Below, one piece after another: positions 52,262 through 60,211 of a DNA stretch of 64,000 bases (within the stretch, counting starts at the first letter, position 1; every line of letters starts with the position of its first letter). The notes beneath the pieces were generated by a model. It saw only the letters and a program-made list of their open reading frames with translations. It had not been told where the DNA came from and did not search any database. This stretch comes from an uncultured bacterium. Lineage in GTDB: Bacteria > Krumholzibacteriota > Krumholzibacteriia > LZORAL124-64-63. Location of the stretch: the NCBI GenBank assembly GCA_903859215.1, contig CAIOLW010000161.1, positions 23,131 to 87,130 of the forward strand, written 5' to 3'. A program made the translations under genes and the position numbers.

Positions 52262-53424
52262 TGCGCATGCCGACGGTGGGCATCACGTGCTATCCGAGCC
52301 AGGGCGGCAGCGGCGTCGTGGCCAGCGAACTGGGCCTGCACCTGGCGCGCATGGGCTGCGAGATCCACTTCATCGCCACGCACCTGCCGTTCCGCCTGGA
52401 GAACTACCACCAGAACATCTTCTACCACCCGGTCGAACTGCCGCAGTACCCGCTGTTCCAGCACTCGCCGTACACGCTCAGCCTGGCCTCGACGATGCAC
52501 GACGTCGCGCTGCGCTGCGGCCTGGACATCCTTCACGTGCACTACGCCATCCCGCACGCGGCCGGCGCCTACCTGGCGCGCCAGATGCTGCCGCCGGGCC
52601 GGGTGAAGATCGTCACCACGCTGCACGGCACCGACATCACGCTGGTGGGGCAGGAGCCGTCGTTCTTCCCGATCACGCGCTTCCTCATCGAGCAGAGCGA
52701 TGCGGTCACGGCTGTCTCGACCTTCCTGCGCGACGAGACGGTGCGCGTCTTCGGCTGCGGCGAGGACATCGAGGTCATCCCGAATTTCGTCGATGCGCGA
52801 TTGTACACGCCGCGGAACGACCCGGCGGTGCGCGCCCGGTTTGCGACGCCCGACGAGAAGCTGCTGGTGCACGCCTCGAACTTCCGCAAGGTGAAGAACC
52901 CGCTGGCGGTGGTCGAGGTCTTCGCGCGCGTGGCGGAGGCGCGCCCCGCCAAGCTGCTGCTGATCGGCGACGGACCCGAGATGACGGCGGTCCGCGAGGC
53001 GGTCCGCGAGCGCGGGCTGCAGGACCGGGTCATCCACCTGGGCGCCGTCACGGGGCTGGAGGACCTGCTGCCTGCCTGCGACCTCCTGCTGCTGCCCTCG
53101 CTGCACGAGTCCTTCGGACTCGTTGCGCTGGAGGCGATGGCCTGCGGCGTGGTGCCGCTGGCCACCAGCCGCGGCGGCGCGGGCGAGTTCATCCACGACG
53201 GCATCAACGGCTTTCTGCGCGACCCCGAGGACATCGACGGAATGGTCGCGGCGGCCCTGCGCGTGCTCGGGGACGACCGGTTGCGGCAGCACCTGGCCGA
53301 GGAGGCCCGCCGGGACGCCGCCGGCGATTTCGGCGCCTCTTGCGTCGTGAAGAAGTACCTGGACCTGTACGACCGCCTGTTGGCACCGGGGGACCTGCGG
53401 GCCACCTTCCGCCGCGACGGTTGA
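52261..53424 (+). CDS. bshA: N-acetyl-alpha-D-glucosaminyl L-malate synthase (GT4)
   Basis: The ATG shares a nt with the bshB TGA. VGITCYPSQGGSGVVASELG...IHFIATHLPFRL is closely co-linear with the B. subtilis BshA N-terminus as I recall it. C-terminal ESFGLVALEAMACGVP. Confidence 0.9.
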   Translation: MRMPTVGITCYPSQGGSGVVASELGLHLARMGCEIHFIATHLPFRLENYHQNIFYHPVELPQYPLFQHSPYTLSLASTMHDVALRCGLDILHVHYAIPHAAGAYLARQMLPPGRVKIVTTLHGTDITLVGQEPSFFPITRFLIEQSDAVTAVSTFLRDETVRVFGCGEDIEVIPNFVDARLYTPRNDPAVRARFATPDEKLLVHASNFRKVKNPLAVVEVFARVAEARPAKLLLIGDGPEMTAVREAVRERGLQDRVIHLGAVTGLEDLLPACDLLLLPSLHESFGLVALEAMACGVVPLATSRGGAGEFIHDGINGFLRDPEDIDGMVAAALRVLGDDRLRQHLAEEARRDAAGDFGASCVVKKYLDLYDRLLAPGDLRATFRRDG

Positions 53425-53448
53425 CAGATCCCGGACCGTCCGTACAAT
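53421..53448 (+). promoter_or_regulatory. Near-consensus sigma70 promoter (TTGACA-16-TACAAT) overlapping the bshA stop codon
   Basis: TTGACA 53421-53426 (contains the TGA at 53422-53424), TACAAT 53443-53448. About 50 nt upstream of the next GTG start. Confidence 0.5.
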
Positions 53449-53499
53449 GACCTGAGGCCGCCCCGCCCGCCCCGCCCGGCGCGCCCAAGGACGTGAGAC

Positions 53500-53877
53500 G
53501 TGAGCGACACCCTGGAACTGCTGCAGACGATCCACGACCTGGCCGGGCGCCGCGGTGTGTTCCGCCCGGACGCCTACTTCTTCGTGCTGGAAGCCCTGGA
53601 ACAGGCCGTCACGGCCATGCCTGAACGCGGCCACGTGACGGGCGAGGACCTCCTGGATGCCGTGCGCGACCTGGGAGGGGAGCGCTTCGGGGTGATGGCC
53701 CCGGAGGTCTTCCGGGCCTGGGGCGTGCGCACGACCCTCGATTTCGGCCGCGTCGTGTTCCACCTTGTCGATGCCGGCCTGATGAGCCGGCGCGAGCGGG
53801 ATTCGCTCAGCGACTTCATCGACAAGTTCGACTTTGAGAGCGCGTTCCCCCTGCGAACCCTGCGCGCGGAGGACTGA
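53500..53877 (+). CDS. Small conserved hypothetical protein (Minf_1886/TIGR04138-like, from memory)
   Basis: 125 aa. AYFFVLEALEQAV...HVTGEDLLDAVRDLGGERFGVMAPEVFRAWGV...DFGRVVFHLVDAGLM...DFIDKFDFESAF resembles that family. No function known. Confidence 0.55.
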   Translation: MSDTLELLQTIHDLAGRRGVFRPDAYFFVLEALEQAVTAMPERGHVTGEDLLDAVRDLGGERFGVMAPEVFRAWGVRTTLDFGRVVFHLVDAGLMSRRERDSLSDFIDKFDFESAFPLRTLRAED

Positions 53878-54074
53878 CGCTGCCCCTGTGGCGCCCGCGG
53901 GAACCGGACGCCATCTTCCGGGTAGACGAAGCCCGGACGCCGGCAACGGCGATCCTCGCATGCAGCCGGCGCCCGTGGGCGACGGCGCCGGACCAGGAGG
54001 GTCCGGGCGGATCCGGTCAAGATGGAGCGCGACCGGCCTGCCACCACTGCACACCGCTCCGCCAAGGAGGGCCC

Positions 54075-54791
54075 ATGGCCTTCACCTTCGCCGTCATGCC
54101 GGTGCCCGTCCTCGGCGCGCTGACCGCTGGCGACGTGATGACGCTCATCAACACGTCGACCTTCTTCGGCAAGCTGATCCTGTTCCTGCTGCTCGTGGCG
54201 TCGGTGATCTCGTGGGCCATCTACATCGACAAGACGCGCACGCTCATGCGGGTCACCCGCGGGCATGCAGCGTTCTGGGAATACTGCGAGCGCTGGCTGG
54301 CCGGGCAGGCGACGCGCCGCGATTTCCTGGCCTGGTGCGGCAGCAACGGCGACCTGCCGCTGTGCAACGTGATGACCGAGGCTTCCGGCGCGCGCGACCT
54401 CGAAGGCGTCCGGCGCGCCTGCGAGCGCGCGTCCTACCTCGAGATCGAGCACCTCGAGCGCTACATCGTCATCCTGTCCACCACCGTGACGGTGGCCCCG
54501 TTCATGGGCCTTCTGGGCACCGTGTGGGGCATCATGACCAGCTTCTGGAGCATGGCCTCGATGCACAGCGCGAACCTCACGGTCGTGGCCCCGGGCATCG
54601 CCGAGGCGCTCATCACCACCGTGGCCGGCCTGGCGGCGGCGATCCCCGCCGTGGTCTTCTACAACCTGCTGATCCGCCGGCTGGACCTGGTGACCAACGA
54701 GCTCGAGCGGCTGCGCACGATCCTCGAGGAATCAGCCGGCCAGGCCGAGGCCCGTCGCCACGCCGGCGAACAGCCGCGGGAGGCCCGCTGA
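54075..54791 (+). CDS. tolQ: Tol-Pal system protein TolQ (MotA/TolQ/ExbB proton channel)
   Basis: Three TM helices; TVAPFMGLLGTVWGIMTSF; GIAEALITTVAGLAAAIPAVVFYN. Confidence 0.88.
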   Translation: MAFTFAVMPVPVLGALTAGDVMTLINTSTFFGKLILFLLLVASVISWAIYIDKTRTLMRVTRGHAAFWEYCERWLAGQATRRDFLAWCGSNGDLPLCNVMTEASGARDLEGVRRACERASYLEIEHLERYIVILSTTVTVAPFMGLLGTVWGIMTSFWSMASMHSANLTVVAPGIAEALITTVAGLAAAIPAVVFYNLLIRRLDLVTNELERLRTILEESAGQAEARRHAGEQPREAR

Positions 54792-55222
54792 TGGCTGCGT
54801 TGCGCCGTCGCCGCTACCCGGCCATGGCCGCAATCAACATCACGCCGCTGGTGGACGTGGTGCTGTGCATGCTCATCATCTTCATGCTGACGGCGCCGTA
54901 CATCCAGGGCGGCGTGGAGGTGAACCTGCCGGAAACCGAGACGCGCGACGTCATCGTCAAGGAAGGCCCGGTCATCTCGGTGACGGCCACGCGCCAGGTC
55001 TTCTTCCAGGAGCAGGCCGTGGCGCTGGCCGATCTCGAGGGCCTGCTCGAACCGTACGCGGCCGACAAGGCGACGATCCCGGTGTACCTGCGGTGCGACG
55101 AGGAAGTCCCGTACGGATTCGTGCTGAAGCTGATGGCGGCGGTCGAGAAACAGGGGTTCGTGAACCTGAGCCTGGTGGCGGACCAGCCCGTGTCGACGCC
55201 GGCCGGCGGCCGGAGACGCTGA
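54791..55222 (+). CDS. tolR: Tol-Pal system protein TolR (ExbD/TolR family)
   Basis: ATG 54791 shares a nt with the tolQ TGA. INITPLVDVVLCMLIIFML (conserved Asp in the TM helix). Confidence 0.85.
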   Translation: MAALRRRRYPAMAAINITPLVDVVLCMLIIFMLTAPYIQGGVEVNLPETETRDVIVKEGPVISVTATRQVFFQEQAVALADLEGLLEPYAADKATIPVYLRCDEEVPYGFVLKLMAAVEKQGFVNLSLVADQPVSTPAGGRRR

Positions 55223-55223
55223 G

Positions 55224-55937
55224 ATGATGCAGCGCGGCATCCCGGTCTCCGTGGCCCTGCACGCCCTGGCGTTCGCCGGGCTGCTGCTGTACGGGAGCGT
55301 CGCTGAACGTCCGCGCATTTCCGCGCCGAACGTGATCAACGTCCGGTTGGTGGACGGGCCGAAGGGCCGGGCGCCCGCCGCCGCGGTGGCCGAGCCCGCC
55401 ACGAAGCCCATCGAGCCGGTGGCCAGGCCTGATGTGGCCAGGCCGCCGAAGCAGTTGCCCCACGAGAAGCCCAAGCCGAAGGACAAGCCCAAGCCGGCCG
55501 CCCGCAGCGAGGGCAAGCCCGGCCTCGTGCCGGCGGCAGGGAAGCCCGGCGGGACCGGCTCGCCGGGGGCGACCGGCTCCGGAACGGGGATCTCGTCCGG
55601 CGTCGGGCCGGGGGGGCCCGGTGTCAGCGGCACCGACCGCGATTTCCCGTTCGCCTACTACCTCGAGGCCGTGCGGGGGCGCATCGTCGCCAACTGGAAC
55701 CCCCGCCAGCTGGGTTTCGGCCAGCGGGCCCAGGTCTCGTGCAGCGTCCATTTCGTCGTCAGCCGGACGGGGCAGGTCTCGCAGGTCAGCCTGGTGCGCA
55801 ACAGCGGCGTCGGCGTCTATGACCGCGAGGCCCTGAGCGCCGTGCAGAGGACCCAGCTGCCGCCGCTGCCACCGCAATTCCGGGGCAACGACCTCGGTGT
55901 CACCTTCGATTTCAAACTGGAGCCTGGCGCCCAATGA
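55224..55937 (+). CDS. tolA: TolA-like / TonB C-terminal domain protein
   Basis: N-terminal TM helix, Lys/Pro-rich linker (KPKPKDKPKP), C-terminal TonB_C-like domain. The tolA assignment rests on position between tolR and tolB. Confidence 0.7.
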   Translation: MMQRGIPVSVALHALAFAGLLLYGSVAERPRISAPNVINVRLVDGPKGRAPAAAVAEPATKPIEPVARPDVARPPKQLPHEKPKPKDKPKPAARSEGKPGLVPAAGKPGGTGSPGATGSGTGISSGVGPGGPGVSGTDRDFPFAYYLEAVRGRIVANWNPRQLGFGQRAQVSCSVHFVVSRTGQVSQVSLVRNSGVGVYDREALSAVQRTQLPPLPPQFRGNDLGVTFDFKLEPGAQ

Positions 55938-57202
55938 GAAGATGCACCCGTGGATTCCTCCTTGCCGCGCTGCTGGCGTTCCTGCCGGCCCTCGCCGCAG
56001 CCCAGGGCGGCCGCACCGAGGTTGCCATCGAACACACGGCCACGGCCGTCCTGAAAACCGATGTCCGCGTCGGGGATTTCCGGGCGCTGAGCGAGGACCA
56101 GGCCGTGCAGGAGGCGGCGGCGCGCCTGCGCGAGGTCTTCGCCAACGACCTGCTGCTCAGCGGCCTGTTCCGGGTGGGCGGGCCCGGCTTCGCGGACAAG
56201 GAACTGCCCTTCAACTGGACGGTCGAAGCGACCGCGGAAAAGACCGGTGACGGGGCCATCGTCGTGAACCTGAACCTGCTGTCCTGGCCCGACCGCCAAC
56301 TGGTCCTGACCAAGCGCTACAAGCCGGGTCCGGACCAGATCCGCACGACAGCGCACCATTTCGCCAACGAGGTCGTCCGTACGACGGTCGGTACCGAGGG
56401 AATCGCACTTACCCGCGTGGCCTTCTCGCGCGGCCGGGGAGACCGGCGCGACATCTACGTGGTCGACTACGACGGCGAGGGGCTGCTCCGCCTGACTGCC
56501 AACCGCACGCTGAACCTGTGCCCCGACTGGTCCCCCGACGGGACGCGGATCGCGTTCACCAGCTACCGCGGCGGCCAGCAGGGCCTGTACTTCCTGGAAA
56601 CGGCCACGGGACAGGTCAGCCAGGTCCTGTCGATGGCGGGACTGAACCTGGGCGCCGACTGGAGCCCCGACGGCAAGGAGCTCCTGATCTCCCTGTCGCG
56701 CAGTGGGGACCCCGAGATCTACCGGATCACGCCGGAGGGCGCCATCATCAAGCGCCTGACGGTCTCGCCGGCCATCGAAATCAGCCCGAATTGGGCCCCA
56801 AACGGCCGGGAATTGGTTTTTACAAGTGACAGCAGCGGTACCCCGCAGTTATATATGATCGACCGCGAAGGCGCCGGGAAGCGGCGCGTCACCTTCGAGG
56901 GCAAGTACAACGACTCGGCCACCTTGTCGCCCAGCGGCGAGTGGCTGGCGTATGCGACCCGCGAGGATGTGCTGACACAGATCGTCGTGATGCGTCCCGG
57001 CGGCGAAGAGCGCCGGATCGTCACCGATACCTCGTGGCGCAACTGTGAAGACCCCAGCTGGGCTCCCGACGGACGGCACCTCGTGTTCGCCTCCGACAAA
57101 TCGGGCGCGTCCAAGCTGTATGTTTACGACGTGGTGGAGAACGGATTCCGCCAGCTGACTTTCGGGAATGACCCCGATATCACCCCGGGCTGGTCCCACT
57201 GA
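55934..57202 (+). CDS. tolB: Tol-Pal system beta-propeller protein TolB
   Basis: Signal peptide, TolB N-domain, repeated PDWSPDG / PNWAPNG / PSWAPDG propeller blades. Confidence 0.92.
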   Translation: MRRCTRGFLLAALLAFLPALAAAQGGRTEVAIEHTATAVLKTDVRVGDFRALSEDQAVQEAAARLREVFANDLLLSGLFRVGGPGFADKELPFNWTVEATAEKTGDGAIVVNLNLLSWPDRQLVLTKRYKPGPDQIRTTAHHFANEVVRTTVGTEGIALTRVAFSRGRGDRRDIYVVDYDGEGLLRLTANRTLNLCPDWSPDGTRIAFTSYRGGQQGLYFLETATGQVSQVLSMAGLNLGADWSPDGKELLISLSRSGDPEIYRITPEGAIIKRLTVSPAIEISPNWAPNGRELVFTSDSSGTPQLYMIDREGAGKRRVTFEGKYNDSATLSPSGEWLAYATREDVLTQIVVMRPGGEERRIVTDTSWRNCEDPSWAPDGRHLVFASDKSGASKLYVYDVVENGFRQLTFGNDPDITPGWSH

Positions 57203-57231
57203 CCGGACGGGCAAACCAAGGAGTGGTGGTT

Positions 57232-57768
57232 ATGAAGAACGGATCGTCGTCCCGGCTGTGGCTCGTGGTGCTTTCGCTCGCGCTGGCGCTGGCCGTGCTG
57301 AGCGGCTGCAGCAAGAAGCCCCCGGTGGTCACCGAGACCGCGCCCGTGGAGCAGGCCCCGGTCGAGCGCATCGCCCCGGCGCCGAAGCCCGAGCCCGTGC
57401 AGCCCAAGGGCCCGGACTACGAGAACCTCGAGCCTTCGAAGTACGGGATCGAGGACGTGTTCTTCGGGTACGACAAGTACGAGCTCGACGACGCGCAGAT
57501 GGCCATCCTGAACAAGAACGCGCGCATCCTCAAGGATGCCGGCGTGACGGTGGTCGTCTCCGGCCACTGCGACGAGCGCGGCACCATCGAGTACAATCTG
57601 GCGCTCGGCGAGAAGCGCGCCAAGGTCGTCACCGGCTACCTGGCCAGCCTGGGTGTCCCGGCCGGCAAGGTCAAGGTCACCAGCTACGGCGAGAGCCGCC
57701 CGTTCAATGCCGGCCACACCGAGGCCGACTGGGCGCAGAACCGCCGCGCGCACTTCGAGCGCCCGTGA
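57232..57768 (+). CDS. pal: Peptidoglycan-associated lipoprotein Pal (OmpA family)
   Basis: AAGGAG 8 nt before ATG 57232. Lipobox VLSGC. VFFGYDKYEL, GHCDERGTIEYNLALGEKRA. Confidence 0.92.
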   Translation: MKNGSSSRLWLVVLSLALALAVLSGCSKKPPVVTETAPVEQAPVERIAPAPKPEPVQPKGPDYENLEPSKYGIEDVFFGYDKYELDDAQMAILNKNARILKDAGVTVVVSGHCDERGTIEYNLALGEKRAKVVTGYLASLGVPAGKVKVTSYGESRPFNAGHTEADWAQNRRAHFERP

Positions 57769-57782
57769 CGGCACACCGGCGC

Positions 57783-58544
57783 ATGTTGCGGAGGTTCGTC
57801 CTGGTTGCGGGGCTCTCGCTGCTTGCCGGCTGCGCCCCGCAACTGAACCGCATCGAGGTCGCGGTCCAGGACAACCGCGACCAGATTGCCCGGATGCAGG
57901 CCGAGAACAAGCGCCTCCTGCAGGAGGTGCAGGCTCTCAACCAGCTGATGCGGATGGACAAGGACGCCGGCGACGAGTCCGCGGCCATGCGGCTGGCGAA
58001 GCTGAGCCAGGTGGCCGCCCGCTTGGATCAACTCATCCAGAAGCTGGACGATAACGCCCAGTACATGCGTGAGATTTCGGCAAGGGTCGACCTGCTGGCC
58101 AGCCGGCAGGGCATCGCGACGCTCGGCGACGCCAAGCCGACGGCGGGCGGCGGAGCCGACGGGCTGCCGGAAGAGGGCCGCACGATCCTGTCCGCGGCCG
58201 AAGCGGACCGCATGCGCGGGAACAACGACCTGGCCCGGCAGGGCTATGAGGAGTTCCTGCAGCGTTTCGGCAAGTCCGAAGCGGCCGACAGCGCGCTCTA
58301 CCGGCTGGGAGACCTGTCCTATGCGGACGGCGACCACGCCGGGGCCATCAAGCGCTTCGAGGACCTGCTCGCGCGGTTCCCGAAGAGCGCCTGGGCGCCG
58401 CCGGCGATGTACAAGGCGCGGGCGTGCTACCTGGCGCTCGGCCGCAAGCAGGATGCGTGGAAGATGGGGGGAGACCTCCTCGCGAAATACCCTGCCTCGG
58501 ACGAGGCGGCGTTGCTCAAGGAAGAAACCGGCAAGGACAAATGA
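57783..58544 (+). CDS. cpoB: Cell division coordinator CpoB (YbgF)
   Basis: Lipobox-like LLAGC, coiled coil (IARMQAENKRLLQEVQALNQL), C-terminal TPR (YRLGDLSYADGDHAGAIKRFEDLLARFPKS). Canonical position after pal. Confidence 0.8.
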   Translation: MLRRFVLVAGLSLLAGCAPQLNRIEVAVQDNRDQIARMQAENKRLLQEVQALNQLMRMDKDAGDESAAMRLAKLSQVAARLDQLIQKLDDNAQYMREISARVDLLASRQGIATLGDAKPTAGGGADGLPEEGRTILSAAEADRMRGNNDLARQGYEEFLQRFGKSEAADSALYRLGDLSYADGDHAGAIKRFEDLLARFPKSAWAPPAMYKARACYLALGRKQDAWKMGGDLLAKYPASDEAALLKEETGKDK

Positions 58545-58578
58545 CAGCCGCCAGCGGCGGCGTCGGGAGTTGATCACG

Positions 58579-58908
58579 GTGCCCAAGTTCTCGGTGCTCA
58601 AGATGGCGCGCGGCCTGTCGCAGGTGTTCCGACCCGTCGAGTTGACGGACATCGACGGCCGCTACCACGCATTCATCGTTCGCTACAGCGGCGACTACAT
58701 CACGCATGTCCACGACAAGGATGAGTTCGTCTACATCCTCGAGGGCTCGCTGGTGTTCGAACTGGAGGGGCGTGAAGTCGAGGTGCGGCAGGGCGAAGCC
58801 ATGCTCGTACCGGCCGGCGCCAAGCATCGCCCGCGCTGCAAGAACAACGCGCTGGGCCTGGTCGTCGAGACCAAGGGCCTGCAGAAGCAGATGGATCCGC
58901 AGGTCTGA
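58579..58908 (+). CDS. Cupin-domain protein
   Basis: HVHDKDEFVYILEGSL...GEAMLVPAGAKHRP is a cupin_2 motif pair. The start may be ATG 58603. Confidence 0.65.
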   Translation: MPKFSVLKMARGLSQVFRPVELTDIDGRYHAFIVRYSGDYITHVHDKDEFVYILEGSLVFELEGREVEVRQGEAMLVPAGAKHRPRCKNNALGLVVETKGLQKQMDPQV

Positions 58909-58946
58909 CCACGGCCGGCCCGGTCGTCCCCATCGCCGAATCAATG

Positions 58947-58973
58947 AAAGGGCGGCCGCAGGGCCGCCCTTTT
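58947..58973. terminator. Bidirectional terminator between convergent cupin and fbp genes
   Basis: AAAGGGCGGCC-GCAG-GGCCGCCCTTTT: A tract, 8-bp GC-rich core stem and T tract, so it can work in both orientations. Confidence 0.7.
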
Positions 58974-58996
58974 CAACTGCCGTTCGCGCCCGCCGG

Positions 58997-60019
58997 TCAG
59001 CGCAGCGTGCCGCCGAGCATCTTCTCGATCCAGAGCACGTCATCGCGGCTGCCGATGTACAGAGGCACGCGCATGTGCAACTGGTCGGGCACCACGTCGA
59101 GGATCGGTCCCTGCCCGTCGCTGGCGTAGCCGCCCGCGTTCTCGGCCACCAGCGCCAGCGGCGCCGCCTCGCACATCAGGCGCAGCTTGCCGCCCGGCTT
59201 GTCGGCCGTCGGCGGGTAGAGGAAGACGCCGCCGTAGAGCAGGTTGCGGTGGAAGTCGGCGACCAGCGAGCCGATGTACCGCGAGGTCTTGCCGCCCTTC
59301 CCATGGGCGCTGTCGCGCCCGTACTTGAGCTGCCGCACGGTCTCCCGCACCTCGGGCGTCCACTTCGGCTCGTTGCCCTCGTTCACCGAGTAGATGCCGC
59401 CGACAAACGGCGTGGTGATGTGCTCGTGGCTGAGCAGGAACTCGCCGATGCTCGGGTCGAGCGTGAAGCCGTGCACGCCGTGGCCGGCGGTGTAGACGAA
59501 CATCGTGCTCGAGCCGTAGATGACATAACCGGAAGCGACCAGCTGGCGGCCGGGCTGCAGCAGGTCCGTGGGCCCGACCTTGTTGAGCAGCGACCGCCGC
59601 TTCCAGATGCCGAAGATGGTGCCCACCGAAACGTTGGCGTCGATGTTCGAGCTGCCGTCCAGGGGGTCGAAGATCACGATGTAGTTGTGCGAGCCCGGGC
59701 CGGCGTCGTTGAAGATGGGGTCGGCCAGTTCCTCGCTCCCCATGATGCAGACCTGGCCGCGGGTGCCCAGGCACTTGAGGAACACGGCGTTCGCGTAGTC
59801 GTCCAGCTTCTGGACCACCTCGCCCTGCACGTTCGACTCGCCGGTGGCGCCGAGGATATCGACGAGCCCCGCCTTCGTGACCTCGCGGCTGACGATCTTG
59901 GCCGCGAACGTGATGTCGTTCAGCAGCCCGGTGAAGTCGCCGCTGGCCGACGGGTGCAGTTTCTGCAGGTCGAGGATGTGCGACTCGATGGTCTGGAGGA
60001 TGCGCGGGGACTGGGTCAT
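58997..60019 (-). CDS. fbp: Fructose-1,6-bisphosphatase class 1
   Basis: ATG at 60019 within the long minus ORF 58997..62029. FDPLDGSSNID, GSSTMFVY, YSVNEGN, GGVFLYP motifs. Confidence 0.93.
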   Translation of the reverse strand: MTQSPRILQTIESHILDLQKLHPSASGDFTGLLNDITFAAKIVSREVTKAGLVDILGATGESNVQGEVVQKLDDYANAVFLKCLGTRGQVCIMGSEELADPIFNDAGPGSHNYIVIFDPLDGSSNIDANVSVGTIFGIWKRRSLLNKVGPTDLLQPGRQLVASGYVIYGSSTMFVYTAGHGVHGFTLDPSIGEFLLSHEHITTPFVGGIYSVNEGNEPKWTPEVRETVRQLKYGRDSAHGKGGKTSRYIGSLVADFHRNLLYGGVFLYPPTADKPGGKLRLMCEAAPLALVAENAGGYASDGQGPILDVVPDQLHMRVPLYIGSRDDVLWIEKMLGGTLR

Positions 60020-60095
60020 GGCACCTGCCTGGCACGGGACGCGGCCGAGGCGCCTCCGGGCGGGGTGGGGACGGGTGTGGAAGCGTGACGTGCTC

Positions 60096-60123
60096 ATTGT
60101 AACACCATGCCAGCAAACAACAA
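60096..60123 (-). promoter_or_regulatory. Extended -10 promoter candidate for fbp (TTGTTG-16-TGtTACAAT on minus strand)
   Basis: Plus-strand ATTGTA 60096-60101 and CAACAA 60118-60123, in the AT-richest part of the fbp/pruA divergent spacer. Confidence 0.35.
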
Positions 60124-60211
60124 CCATCTTCTTGCGCCCCGGCCGGCCGTTTGCCATCGTGGCGGCAGATTCAAGGGCAACCGCCTGGTCCGTCCTTCCG
60201 GAGGCGACAGC

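Noticed and set aside
56806-56862. AT-rich patch of rare codons inside tolB (GAA TTG GTT TTT ACA AGT ... TTA TAT ATG ATC), with GTGACA and TATATA-like hexamers that could form an internal promoter for pal.
   Set aside because: The candidate -10 lacks the invariant final T at usable spacing (17-18 nt). The segment encodes a conserved TolB blade motif (LVFTSDSSGTPQLYMID). Local codon oddity alone is not evidence of a promoter.
60030-60045. TGGCAC motif resembling a sigma54 -24 element in the fbp/pruA divergent spacer.
   Set aside because: The expected GC of the -12 element (TTGCW) is not at the required spacing: GG and GC are 10 rather than 12 nt apart, and no TTGC follows.
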